Source: Acidobacteriota bacterium (lineage in GTDB: Bacteria > Acidobacteriota > Vicinamibacteria > Vicinamibacterales > UBA2999). Taken from it: a DNA stretch of 64,000 nt. Of this stretch, positions 21,241 through 28,741 are shown one piece after another. Where the stretch lies: NCBI GenBank assembly GCA_016789705.1, contig JAEUQR010000136.1:1711-65710 (forward strand), in the 5' to 3' direction. Both the position numbers and the translations under genes were made by a program. Below the pieces are notes generated by a model, which was not told where the DNA came from, did not search any database, and worked only from the letters and a program-made list of their open reading frames with translations. The stretch's first letter is position 1, and the number at the start of each line of letters is the position of its first letter.

Positions 21241-22242
21241 CTACGACGCGGGTTCGACGGCTGGAGCCAGCGTGGCGGCGGCAGCCGGCTTCACGCCCAT
21301 CTGGCGCACGAACGTGTAGTGCGAGCGCAGCGCATCCAGGAGCGTGAGGTTTTCGCGGCAGGGCACGCCGTGCTCCGCGCAGACTTCCTGGACGATCTTC
21401 GAGAGCGCCGGGTAGTGGACGTGGGCGATGCGCGGAAACAGGTGGTGTTCGCGCTGGTAGTTCAGCCCGCCGAGCAGCAGCGTGGCCAGCCGGCTCCGCG
21501 TGGCGAAATTGGCGGTCGTGGCGATCTGGTGCACGACCCACTCGGGACGCTGCTCGCCGTGCGCGGGATGCTCGACGTTGTCGACCGTGTGCGCGAGCTG
21601 GAAGACGACGCTGAAGATGAAGCCCATCGTCATCGAGACGAGCACGTAGAGGCCGAAGACCGTGCCGGCGCCGTGGCGGGTGAGCGGAATGGCAAACGCC
21701 ACGGTGAAGAAGAACAGCTTGCCGCCGAGCAGCCACGCCATGTCGGCGCCCTTCGGATACCCGGCGCTCAGCCCGTCGTTCTTCCCGAGCAAGAGGCGCT
21801 GCAGGTCGCTGTAGAGATACCGCAGGTGCACGCAGGTGTAGAGCACCCACAGATAGACGTGCTGATACCGATGCCACCAGAACCACGGGTGATCGCCACT
21901 GAGCCGCGCCATCGGGCCGAGATTGATGTCGGCGTCCTCGTGCGGGATGTTCGTGTACACGTGGTGGTTGTGATTGTGCTTGTCTTTCCAGAAGTACGAA
22001 CTCGCCCCCATCAGGTCCAAGGTGAAGCCGGCGAGCCGGTTCACGAACGGCCGGCGCGAGAACGTGCCGTGGTTGCCGTCGTGCTGCACGTTGAAGCCGA
22101 TGCCCACGAGGGCCAGCGCCAGCAGGCCCGCGGACCAGACCACCGTGACGGGGGTCGCGGCGCCGAAGACCAGCACCACATACGCCCAGGTCGCCGTGGC
22201 GATGAGGGCCGCGGCCTTTCCGTACATGACGGGGCTGTCCAC
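21241..22242 (-). CDS. Membrane fatty-acid desaturase (His-box, QxxHH type)
   Basis: His boxes HDGNHG, HNHNHH and QREHHLFP, with 4 TM segments. The annotated GTG start probably truncates the true N-terminus (see findings). Confidence 0.85.
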   Translation of the reverse strand: MDSPVMYGKAAALIATATWAYVVLVFGAATPVTVVWSAGLLALALVGIGFNVQHDGNHGTFSRRPFVNRLAGFTLDLMGASSYFWKDKHNHNHHVYTNIPHEDADINLGPMARLSGDHPWFWWHRYQHVYLWVLYTCVHLRYLYSDLQRLLLGKNDGLSAGYPKGADMAWLLGGKLFFFTVAFAIPLTRHGAGTVFGLYVLVSMTMGFIFSVVFQLAHTVDNVEHPAHGEQRPEWVVHQIATTANFATRSRLATLLLGGLNYQREHHLFPRIAHVHYPALSKIVQEVCAEHGVPCRENLTLLDALRSHYTFVRQMGVKPAAAATLAPAVEPAS

Positions 22243-22543
22243 GGTGGCGCGGGAGCCGACGAACGCCTGGGCACGTTTGTCGAGTGCGAGTTTGAGCGTG
22301 GCGGGGGAGGCGAACTCCGGACGTGAGCGCTGCAGGGTGCGGGGACTGTACTAGGTGCCGCCGCCGGACTTGCCCCCGAATGTCTCCGGCTGGGCACGGA
22401 AACCGTGAGCGGGCCAATCCGGCGTCGCCCTCAGAAGGCGCGACGGCCGGGCCGGGTCGGGGCTACAATCCCAGCGTCGTGTCAGGCGGCCGGGTGTGTC
22501 GATGCCCCCGGCGGTCGGGCCGACGTTCCCCGGAGCCTCACGT

Positions 22544-23182
22544 ATGTCGTCGGACAAGCAGGATCGTCGCGCCCTTCTTCTCGCCGGTCTCGGCCTCGCC
22601 ACCACGTCGGTGTCCCTCGGGGCGCGCGGCGTCCAGGCCCGGCCCACGGCCACGCCCTTCAGCCCCGCGCTCCACGAACAGGATGCCTGGATGTCGGCGA
22701 TGCCCGGCAAGCACCGCGTCGTGCTCGACGTCGTGTCACCCACCGGTGTGCCCGATGGCATCCGCTTCGCCGGCAATCTGTTCAACGGCAGCAAGTCGGG
22801 GTACGGCGTCGAGGAATCCGAGATGGCGCTCATCATGGTGCTGCGCCACTCGGCGACCGGGTTCGGCTACAACGACACCATCTGGTCGAAGTACGGCAAG
22901 ACGCTCGACTCGAAGGCGACGCCCCCGCCAGTGGCCAATCCCTTCAACTCCGGTGAGCGGATGCAGCTGTCGGGGCTGGCCAAGCGCGGCGTGCAGTTCA
23001 TCATCTGCGGCACGGCCAGCCGCGGCCTCGCTGGCCGGATCGCCGGTCAGGGCGGCGACGCCGACGCCGTGTTGAAGGAGATGTCGGCCAACCTCATCCC
23101 GAATGCGCGTATCGCGTCGGCCGGCGTGGTCGGCGTGACACACGCGCAGGAACACGGGTTCACCATGTTGTACGTCGGTTAG
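22544..23182 (+). CDS. Tat-signal periplasmic protein, DsrE/DsrF-like fold (tentative)
   Basis: Starting at the internal ATG with GGAG 8 nt upstream. MSSDKQDRRALLLAGLGLATTSVSLGA is a twin-arginine signal. The core HRVVLDV...IMVLRHSA...VQFIICGTASRGL resembles DsrE-family strands and the conserved Cys loop, and shares a CGxA motif with the 28198 gene. Confidence 0.45.
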   Translation: MSSDKQDRRALLLAGLGLATTSVSLGARGVQARPTATPFSPALHEQDAWMSAMPGKHRVVLDVVSPTGVPDGIRFAGNLFNGSKSGYGVEESEMALIMVLRHSATGFGYNDTIWSKYGKTLDSKATPPPVANPFNSGERMQLSGLAKRGVQFIICGTASRGLAGRIAGQGGDADAVLKEMSANLIPNARIASAGVVGVTHAQEHGFTMLYVG

Positions 23183-23193
23183 GAGTCGTTACC

Positions 23194-24285
23194 ATGCGCG
23201 CCATTGTCGGACTCGCGACGGCGGTTGCCGTCATCTCTGCCGCTCCGCTTGCGGCCCAGCCCGCGGGCGATGCCGCCCGCATCGCCGAAGCCGTCCAGAT
23301 CCTGCCCGAGGACCTGCGGGCTGGCGCCACGGTGGTGACCTACGACGCGGCCACCGGCGCGCGCCGCGTCATCCGTCAGGGCACCAACTTCATCGAGTGC
23401 CAGCCGCGCAACCCGGCGGACGGCTTCGCCCGCTGCTACCACAAGCTGTTCGGACCGCGGGAGGACTTCGAAGCGAAGCTGCGGGCCGAGAAGAAGACCG
23501 AAGAGCAGGTCAGCCAGGCGGTGGCCGCCGCCGTCAAGGCCGGCACCCTGCCGCCGATGCCGCAGGGCGTGATGTCGTACCGCCACTACGACAAGCGCGA
23601 CCGCATCCAGCACCTGTGGGTCTGGTCGACGCCGAACAGCACGCCGGAGTCGGTGGGCGTCTCGACGGTGAGCCAGCGCAACGAAGCGCTCGAAGGCCGC
23701 GGCCTGCCGTGGATGATGCTGCCCGGCACGCCCGGCGCGCACATCATGATCCCGATCAATCCGAAGCCCACGAAGACCAGCATCACGGACGTGGCGGCGG
23801 ATCCCGTGACGCAGGCGACGCTGCCGCTGCCGCAGGACCTGCGGGCCGGCGCCACGGTGTACACCTACGACGCCAACGGCGATCGCAAGGTGCTGCGGCC
23901 CGGCACCAACCAGATCGAGTGCATGCCGCGCGGCGACGACGGCTTCACCTGGTGCTACAACAAGTCCGGCGGGCCGCGTCGGGACCTCGCCGCCAAGCTG
24001 CGCGCGCAGAAGAAGACCGACAAGGAAATCGCGGACGCGATGGCCGAGGCCACCAAGGCCGGCACGATCAAGCCGACCGAGTTCGGCACCATGTCGTACC
24101 GCCTCTACGGCAAGCCCGACCGCATCCAGCTGCTGTGGGTGATCTCGGTGCCCGGGGCGACGCCCGAATCGATTGGCGTCACCACCGCCAGTGCCCGTGA
24201 AGACGCGCTCGAACTGCGCGGCACGCCGTGGCTGATGCTGCCGGGCACGCCCGGCGCGCACATCATGGTGCCGGTCAACAAGTAG
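23194..24285 (+). CDS. Secreted protein of unknown function made of two tandem copies of a ~150-aa domain
   Basis: 363 aa with AGGAG RBS and a signal peptide (MRAIVGLATAVAVISAAPLAAQ). Residues 37-189 and 212-362 align end to end (LPxDLRAGATVxTYDA...GTNxIEC.PR...MSYR.Y...DRIQ.LWV...TPES.GV...PW.MLPGTPGAHIM.P.N). I do not recognise the family. Confidence 0.7.
   Translation: MRAIVGLATAVAVISAAPLAAQPAGDAARIAEAVQILPEDLRAGATVVTYDAATGARRVIRQGTNFIECQPRNPADGFARCYHKLFGPREDFEAKLRAEKKTEEQVSQAVAAAVKAGTLPPMPQGVMSYRHYDKRDRIQHLWVWSTPNSTPESVGVSTVSQRNEALEGRGLPWMMLPGTPGAHIMIPINPKPTKTSITDVAADPVTQATLPLPQDLRAGATVYTYDANGDRKVLRPGTNQIECMPRGDDGFTWCYNKSGGPRRDLAAKLRAQKKTDKEIADAMAEATKAGTIKPTEFGTMSYRLYGKPDRIQLLWVISVPGATPESIGVTTASAREDALELRGTPWLMLPGTPGAHIMVPVNK
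23302..24279 (+). repeat. Intragenic tandem duplication (unit 1 at 23302-23760, unit 2 at 23827-24279)
   Basis: By hand alignment, roughly 95 of about 150 residues are identical between units. Nucleotide similarity is also visible, e.g. ctgcgggctggcgccacggtggt vs ctgcgggccggcgccacggtgta, and ccgtggatgatgctgcccggcacgcccggcgcgcacatcatgat vs ccgtggctgatgctgccgggcacgcccggcgcgcacatcatggt. Confidence 0.75.
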
Positions 24286-24376
24286 GACGCCGGCCCTGTC
24301 CACGCGCTCGTCCTCACCGCTCGTTCACACGGGCCTCGTCCGCGCGCACGGCCTGGCGGCGCTCGTCACGCTGCTG

Positions 24377-25717
24377 GTGTCGGTCACCTTCGGTCTCGTG
24401 GCCGCCTGGCAGCTCATCGCGCCCGACCTCGGGCGCGACGTGGCGTGGCTCGGCTGGGGCCGCGTGCGCTACGCGCACACGCAGGGCATCATGCTCGGCT
24501 GGCTGGCGAACGCGTTCTTCGCGTTCCTCTACCACGCCGTGCCGATCCTCACGGGCCGGCCGGTCACGAGTGCGCGCCTCGGCGTGTGGATCTTCGCGCT
24601 GTGGAACTTCGCGGTGATGGCGCCGGGCTGGACGCTCGTGCTCGCCGGCGTCAGTCAGCCGCTCGAGTGGGCCGAATTCCCGCTCGTCGTCGACGTCGTG
24701 GCGATTCTCGCGCTGGCGCTCGCCGGCGTGCAGTTCCTGCCCGGCTTCTTCCGCCGCGGCATCGAGTCGCTCTACGTCTCGAGCTGGTACATCATCGGCG
24801 GCCTCGTCTTCACGCTGCTCTCGTATCCGATGGGCAACGTCGTGCCGGAGTTCCTGCCCGGCGCGGCTGGCGCCGCCATCAGCGGCCTGTGGATTCACGA
24901 CGCCGTCGGACTGTTCGTGACGCCGATGGCGCTCGCCATCCTCTACTTCGTCATCCCCGCGTCCACCGGGCGGCCGATTTTCAGCCACTTCCTGTCGATG
25001 CTGGGGTTCTGGCTGCTGTTCTTCCTCTACCCGCTGAACGGCACCCATCACTACGTCTACTCGGTCATCCCGATGGCGGCGCAGCTCACGGCGATCGTGG
25101 CCTCGGCGCTGCTCGGCGTGACGGTGGTCATCGTGGTGACGAACCTGTTCCTGTCGATGCGTGGCGCCGGCCTGCTGCCGGCCGACCCGGCGCTTCGCTT
25201 CGTGGGCGCCGGCACGTTCTTCTACGTCGTCGTCAGCCTGCAGGGCTCGGCGCAGGCGCAGATGGCCGTGAACGAGACCGTGCATTTCACCGACTGGGTC
25301 GTGGCGCATTCGCACATGGCGATGCTCGGTTTCGCGAGTTACGCGGCCGCCGCCGGACTGGTGCACGCCTGGCAGCGCATGCCGGCCGCGCGCTACAACG
25401 CCGCCGCCATCTCGTGGGCGTACTGGCTCATCACGATCGGCCTCGTCGGCATGGTCGTGGACCTCACGATCGGCGGCCTCGTGCAGGGCGAGCTCTGGAA
25501 GAGCGGCGCGCCGTGGATCGATTCGGTCACCGCCTCCCGGGTCTACTGGGTGGCGCGCGCGCACATCGGCAGCATCCTCGCCGCCGGCTTCATCGCCCTG
25601 CTCGTGGGTCTCACGACCGGCCCCCGCGGGGCCGGCATGGCCGTGCGTTCGGCGCCGCCGGCTGACGGCCACGACGAAGTGGCGCCCCGGCTCGCCCCGG
25701 TCACGGAGGCCGTGTGA
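24377..25717 (+). CDS. ccoN: cbb3-type (C-family) haem-copper oxidase catalytic subunit, divergent
   Basis: 446 aa from a GTG start. All six metal/haem His positions fit the C-family pattern: RYAHTQG, GLWIHDAVGLF (cf. HNAVGF), GTHHY, HFTDWVVAHSHMAMLG. The N-terminal boundary is uncertain. Confidence 0.8.
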   Translation: MSVTFGLVAAWQLIAPDLGRDVAWLGWGRVRYAHTQGIMLGWLANAFFAFLYHAVPILTGRPVTSARLGVWIFALWNFAVMAPGWTLVLAGVSQPLEWAEFPLVVDVVAILALALAGVQFLPGFFRRGIESLYVSSWYIIGGLVFTLLSYPMGNVVPEFLPGAAGAAISGLWIHDAVGLFVTPMALAILYFVIPASTGRPIFSHFLSMLGFWLLFFLYPLNGTHHYVYSVIPMAAQLTAIVASALLGVTVVIVVTNLFLSMRGAGLLPADPALRFVGAGTFFYVVVSLQGSAQAQMAVNETVHFTDWVVAHSHMAMLGFASYAAAAGLVHAWQRMPAARYNAAAISWAYWLITIGLVGMVVDLTIGGLVQGELWKSGAPWIDSVTASRVYWVARAHIGSILAAGFIALLVGLTTGPRGAGMAVRSAPPADGHDEVAPRLAPVTEAV

Positions 25718-26952
25718 GCCGCGCCGGTCAGGCTCTGCGCACCTCGTACCTCGTGGCCTGCGTGGCCGGCGTGGCGTTCTTCGTGCTGTCGGTGGCGCTG
25801 CTCGGCGTCTGGCCGGCGCGTGTGCTCGACGCCCAGACGGCCGCGATGGCGCCCGAGAAGCCGCTCGAGCCGACGACCAGCGAGAAGCGCGGCCGTGCCG
25901 TGTATGCGCGCGAGGGCTGCGCCTACTGCCACACGCAGCAGATTCGTTATCTGCACGCCGACATGGCGCGCTTCGGCGCGCCGACGCTCGCGTGGGAGAC
26001 GCGTCGCGACACGCCGCACCTCTGGGGCACGCGCCGCATCGGGCCCGACCTGAGCCGCGTCGGCGGCGCGCGCAGCCTCGACTGGCACTACGCGCATCTC
26101 TACGCCCCGCGCGCGATCGTCGCGTCGTCGGTCATGCCCGGATACCCGGCGCTTTTCGACGGCGCGCCCGACCGGCCGCGCCAGGACGCGCGCGATCTCG
26201 TGGCCTATCTCGACTCGCTTGGCCGGGCCCGCGAACTTGCCGGCCCCGAAGGTGAGGCGCGGGCGAAGGAGGGCTGCAACTGTCCGGACGACGAGATGCA
26301 GCAGATGGCGTTCGAGGGGGCGCTCAACGCGCATCCGGCTCGTGCCATCCGCACCCTCGAGTCGGCGCCGTCGCTTGCGGGAGGCGACCTCGCCCGTGGC
26401 CAGGCGCTCTACGGACGGCACTGTGCCAACTGTCATGGCGCGACCGGGGCCGGTGACGGCCCCGGCGCCCGCTACCTCGTGCCCGCGCCCGCGAGACTCG
26501 CCGAGCACAGCTACACGACGGCGCGGCTCGCCGAAGTGCTGTGGCACGGCGTGGCCGGGTCGGCGATGCCGGCGTGGCGCGATCACTCCACCGAAGATCG
26601 CGCGGCGCTGGCGCGCGCGGTGCAGGCGCTCTCGGCGCCGCGGCCGGAACCCGAGGTGCCGGCGCATCTCGTGGCGCTCGGCCGCGACGTCTACGCCGCG
26701 AACTGCGCGCAGTGCCACGGCGTCGACGGCGATGGCCGCGGCTCGGCGGCCGCCAAACTCGCGATGGCGCCGGCCAACTTCACCGCGCAGCGCCTCAGCC
26801 TCACCGAAGCCGTGCGGGTGCTGCGCGAAGGGGTGCACGGGTCGCCGATGGCGCCGTGGACGACCCGTCTCACCGACGCCGAACGGCTGGCCGCCGCGCA
26901 CTACGTGCGCAGCCTGTTCCGCGCGACGCCGCCCGCGACCGAGGCCCGATGA
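25714..26952 (+). CDS. Fused CcoO-CcoP: monohaem FixO-type subunit II joined to a dihaem cytochrome c domain (three CxxCH)
   Basis: 412 aa with GGAGG RBS and a GTGA overlap with ccoN. N-terminal TM anchor. FixO signature GRAVYAREGCAYCHTQQIR...GTRRIGPDLSRVG...DWHYAHLYAPR...SVMPGYP, then CANCHGATGAGDG and CAQCHGVDGDGRG modules as in CcoP. Confidence 0.8.
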   Translation: MSRAGQALRTSYLVACVAGVAFFVLSVALLGVWPARVLDAQTAAMAPEKPLEPTTSEKRGRAVYAREGCAYCHTQQIRYLHADMARFGAPTLAWETRRDTPHLWGTRRIGPDLSRVGGARSLDWHYAHLYAPRAIVASSVMPGYPALFDGAPDRPRQDARDLVAYLDSLGRARELAGPEGEARAKEGCNCPDDEMQQMAFEGALNAHPARAIRTLESAPSLAGGDLARGQALYGRHCANCHGATGAGDGPGARYLVPAPARLAEHSYTTARLAEVLWHGVAGSAMPAWRDHSTEDRAALARAVQALSAPRPEPEVPAHLVALGRDVYAANCAQCHGVDGDGRGSAAAKLAMAPANFTAQRLSLTEAVRVLREGVHGSPMAPWTTRLTDAERLAAAHYVRSLFRATPPATEAR

Positions 26953-27134
26953 TCTCCGACCTCATCGTCTGGGCGTCGGTCGGCTTCGCCGTGGCGTTTG
27001 TCGCCGCCTGGGCGGCCTCGCCGGCGCTGCGGGCGCGGATCGAGCGGCCCAAGCACCACTTCCTGGAATCGGCGCGGCAGTATGATGCGGCGGCACGGCC
27101 CGGCGGGCCGTCCCCTGATCCGAGAACGCCATGA
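26949..27134 (+). CDS. Small single-TM protein, candidate CcoQ-like accessory subunit
   Basis: 61 aa, MISDLIVWASVGFAVAFVAAWAAS... The ATG overlaps the ccoO-P stop (ATGA), and its own stop overlaps the next ATG (ATGA). The call rests on position and topology only. Confidence 0.4.
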   Translation: MISDLIVWASVGFAVAFVAAWAASPALRARIERPKHHFLESARQYDAAARPGGPSPDPRTP

Positions 27135-28165
27135 GTCCCAACGAGTCCCGTGGCCTGCCCGGTCTGGCGGGCATCGTCATCGTCACGCTCGCCATCGGTG
27201 GCGCGGCCGTCGTGGCCGGGCTGCGGTATTCGGCGGTCGAGCCGGGCGGGTCGTCCGACGCGGCATCGCCGACGGCGCCTGCCAACTCGGGCGCCGAACG
27301 TCCGCGTCCGCCGCGTCCGGTGACGGATGTGCCCGAGCACGCCACCGAGGAGTACGGCCGCCGCCTCGTCGCGCAGACGGTCGAACTACTCGGTCCCGAC
27401 CACCCGGATCCGACGCGCCGCTACTCCGGCGGACGCCTCAACTGTGCCTCGTGTCACCTGGCGACCGGCACCGACCCCGGCACGCTGGCACTGCTGCAGA
27501 CGGCCGAACACTACCCGCGTTTCTCGGGCCGCGCCGGCAACATGACCGACGTCGAGGACCGCATCAACGAATGCATGCAGCGCAGCATGAACGGCAAGCC
27601 GCTGCCGCTCGATAGCCCCGAGATGATCGCCATCGCCGCCTACCTGCGGTCGCTCGGTTCGCGCTACGAGGCGATGGGCGCGTCGCTGAAGAAGGCGAGT
27701 GAGCCGCCCGCCTTCAAGACGCCGAAGCGGGCAGCGAGCCTCGAGGCCGGCCAGACCGTGTACGGCGCGCGCTGCTCGGTGTGCCACGGCAACGACGGGC
27801 TGGGCCTGCTCGCCACTGGTGAGAAGGCCAAAGGTTATCTGTTCCCGCCGCTCTGGGGGCCCGACTCGTTCAACAACGGCGCCGGGATGCACCGCGTGCT
27901 GACCGCGGCGCGGTTCATCAAGGCGCGCATGCCGCTCGGCGAGGCCACCCTCACCGACGACGAGGCGTTCGACGTCGCCGCGTACATCAACGCGCAGCCG
28001 CGGCCCGAGATGCCGAACCTCGAGCAGGACTACCCGGACAAGACGGCCAAGCCCGTGGACAACCCGTACGGGCCGTTCGCCGACGACTTTCCGCTCGAGC
28101 AGCACCGCGTCGGCCCGTTCCAGCCGATCGAAGAGCACTACAAGGCGCTCAAGAAGACCAAGTAG
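27131..28165 (+). CDS. Membrane-anchored dihaem cytochrome c, TsdA-like (thiosulfate dehydrogenase family)
   Basis: 344 aa. N-terminal TM (LAGIVIVTLAIGGAAVVAGL) plus a Pro-rich linker. Haem 1 is CASCH with a Cys 39 residues downstream in DRINECMQRSMNG (the His/Cys-ligand position of TsdA/SoxA). Haem 2 is CSVCHG followed by YLFPPLWGPDSFNNGAGMHRV...FIKARMPLG. Confidence 0.7.
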   Translation: MSPNESRGLPGLAGIVIVTLAIGGAAVVAGLRYSAVEPGGSSDAASPTAPANSGAERPRPPRPVTDVPEHATEEYGRRLVAQTVELLGPDHPDPTRRYSGGRLNCASCHLATGTDPGTLALLQTAEHYPRFSGRAGNMTDVEDRINECMQRSMNGKPLPLDSPEMIAIAAYLRSLGSRYEAMGASLKKASEPPAFKTPKRAASLEAGQTVYGARCSVCHGNDGLGLLATGEKAKGYLFPPLWGPDSFNNGAGMHRVLTAARFIKARMPLGEATLTDDEAFDVAAYINAQPRPEMPNLEQDYPDKTAKPVDNPYGPFADDFPLEQHRVGPFQPIEEHYKALKKTK

Positions 28166-28183
28166 CGCCGGCGGCGCCGGCGC
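28165..28183 (+). other. Intercistronic perfect GC hairpin between the TsdA-like gene and the DsrE-like gene
   Basis: gcgccggc-ggc-gccggcgc, an 8-bp stem starting at the last base of the TAG stop. It is followed by GGAGA and the ATG at 28198. No U-tract, so it is more likely an mRNA-stability or processing element than a terminator. Confidence 0.3.
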
Positions 28184-28197
28184 GTGGAGATTCGCTC

Positions 28198-28737
28198 ATG
28201 ACCAGGACCCTGCTGGCTCTCTCGTGTGGCGTTGCCCTGCTCGCCACGGTGTCATCCGTCTCGGCGCAGGCGCTGCCCGTGCCCGGTGTCGAGGCCGCGC
28301 GTGACGTCCCCGGCGCGAAGGAGATGCCGAACCCGTCGATCGTGCACAAGGTGGTCTTCGACATGGCCACGGCGAGCCCCACGCCCACCGAGGTGCACCC
28401 GATGCTGCAGGCGGTGGCGCGCTACGTGAACACGCTGGCGAAGACGGGCGTGCCGGCGGCCAATCGCAAGGTGGCCGTGGTGTTCCACCAGGGCGCGACC
28501 GATTACATCATGACCAACGAGTCGTACAAGCCGCGCCATGAAGGGCACGACAATCCGAATCTGCCGATGATCCAGGCGCTGAAGAAGGCCGGCGTGGACT
28601 TCCGCGTCTGCGGCCAGGCCACGCTCGGCCGCAAGATCGACGCGAAGGACATCATGCCCGAGGTGCAGCGCGACCTCTGGGCGCTCACCACGCTCATCGC
28701 CCTGCAGCAGCAGGGCTACGTGCTCATCGCGCCGTAG
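28198..28737 (+). CDS. Sec-exported DsrE-family protein
   Basis: 179 aa with signal peptide MTRTLLALSCGVALLATVSSVSAQA. HKVVFDMATASP...VAVVFHQGATDYI...DFRVCGQATLGRKI...LQQQGYVLIAP shows the DsrE/DsrF-like layout with a conserved Cys loop. Confidence 0.65.
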   Translation: MTRTLLALSCGVALLATVSSVSAQALPVPGVEAARDVPGAKEMPNPSIVHKVVFDMATASPTPTEVHPMLQAVARYVNTLAKTGVPAANRKVAVVFHQGATDYIMTNESYKPRHEGHDNPNLPMIQALKKAGVDFRVCGQATLGRKIDAKDIMPEVQRDLWALTTLIALQQQGYVLIAP

Positions 28738-28741
28738 GGCG

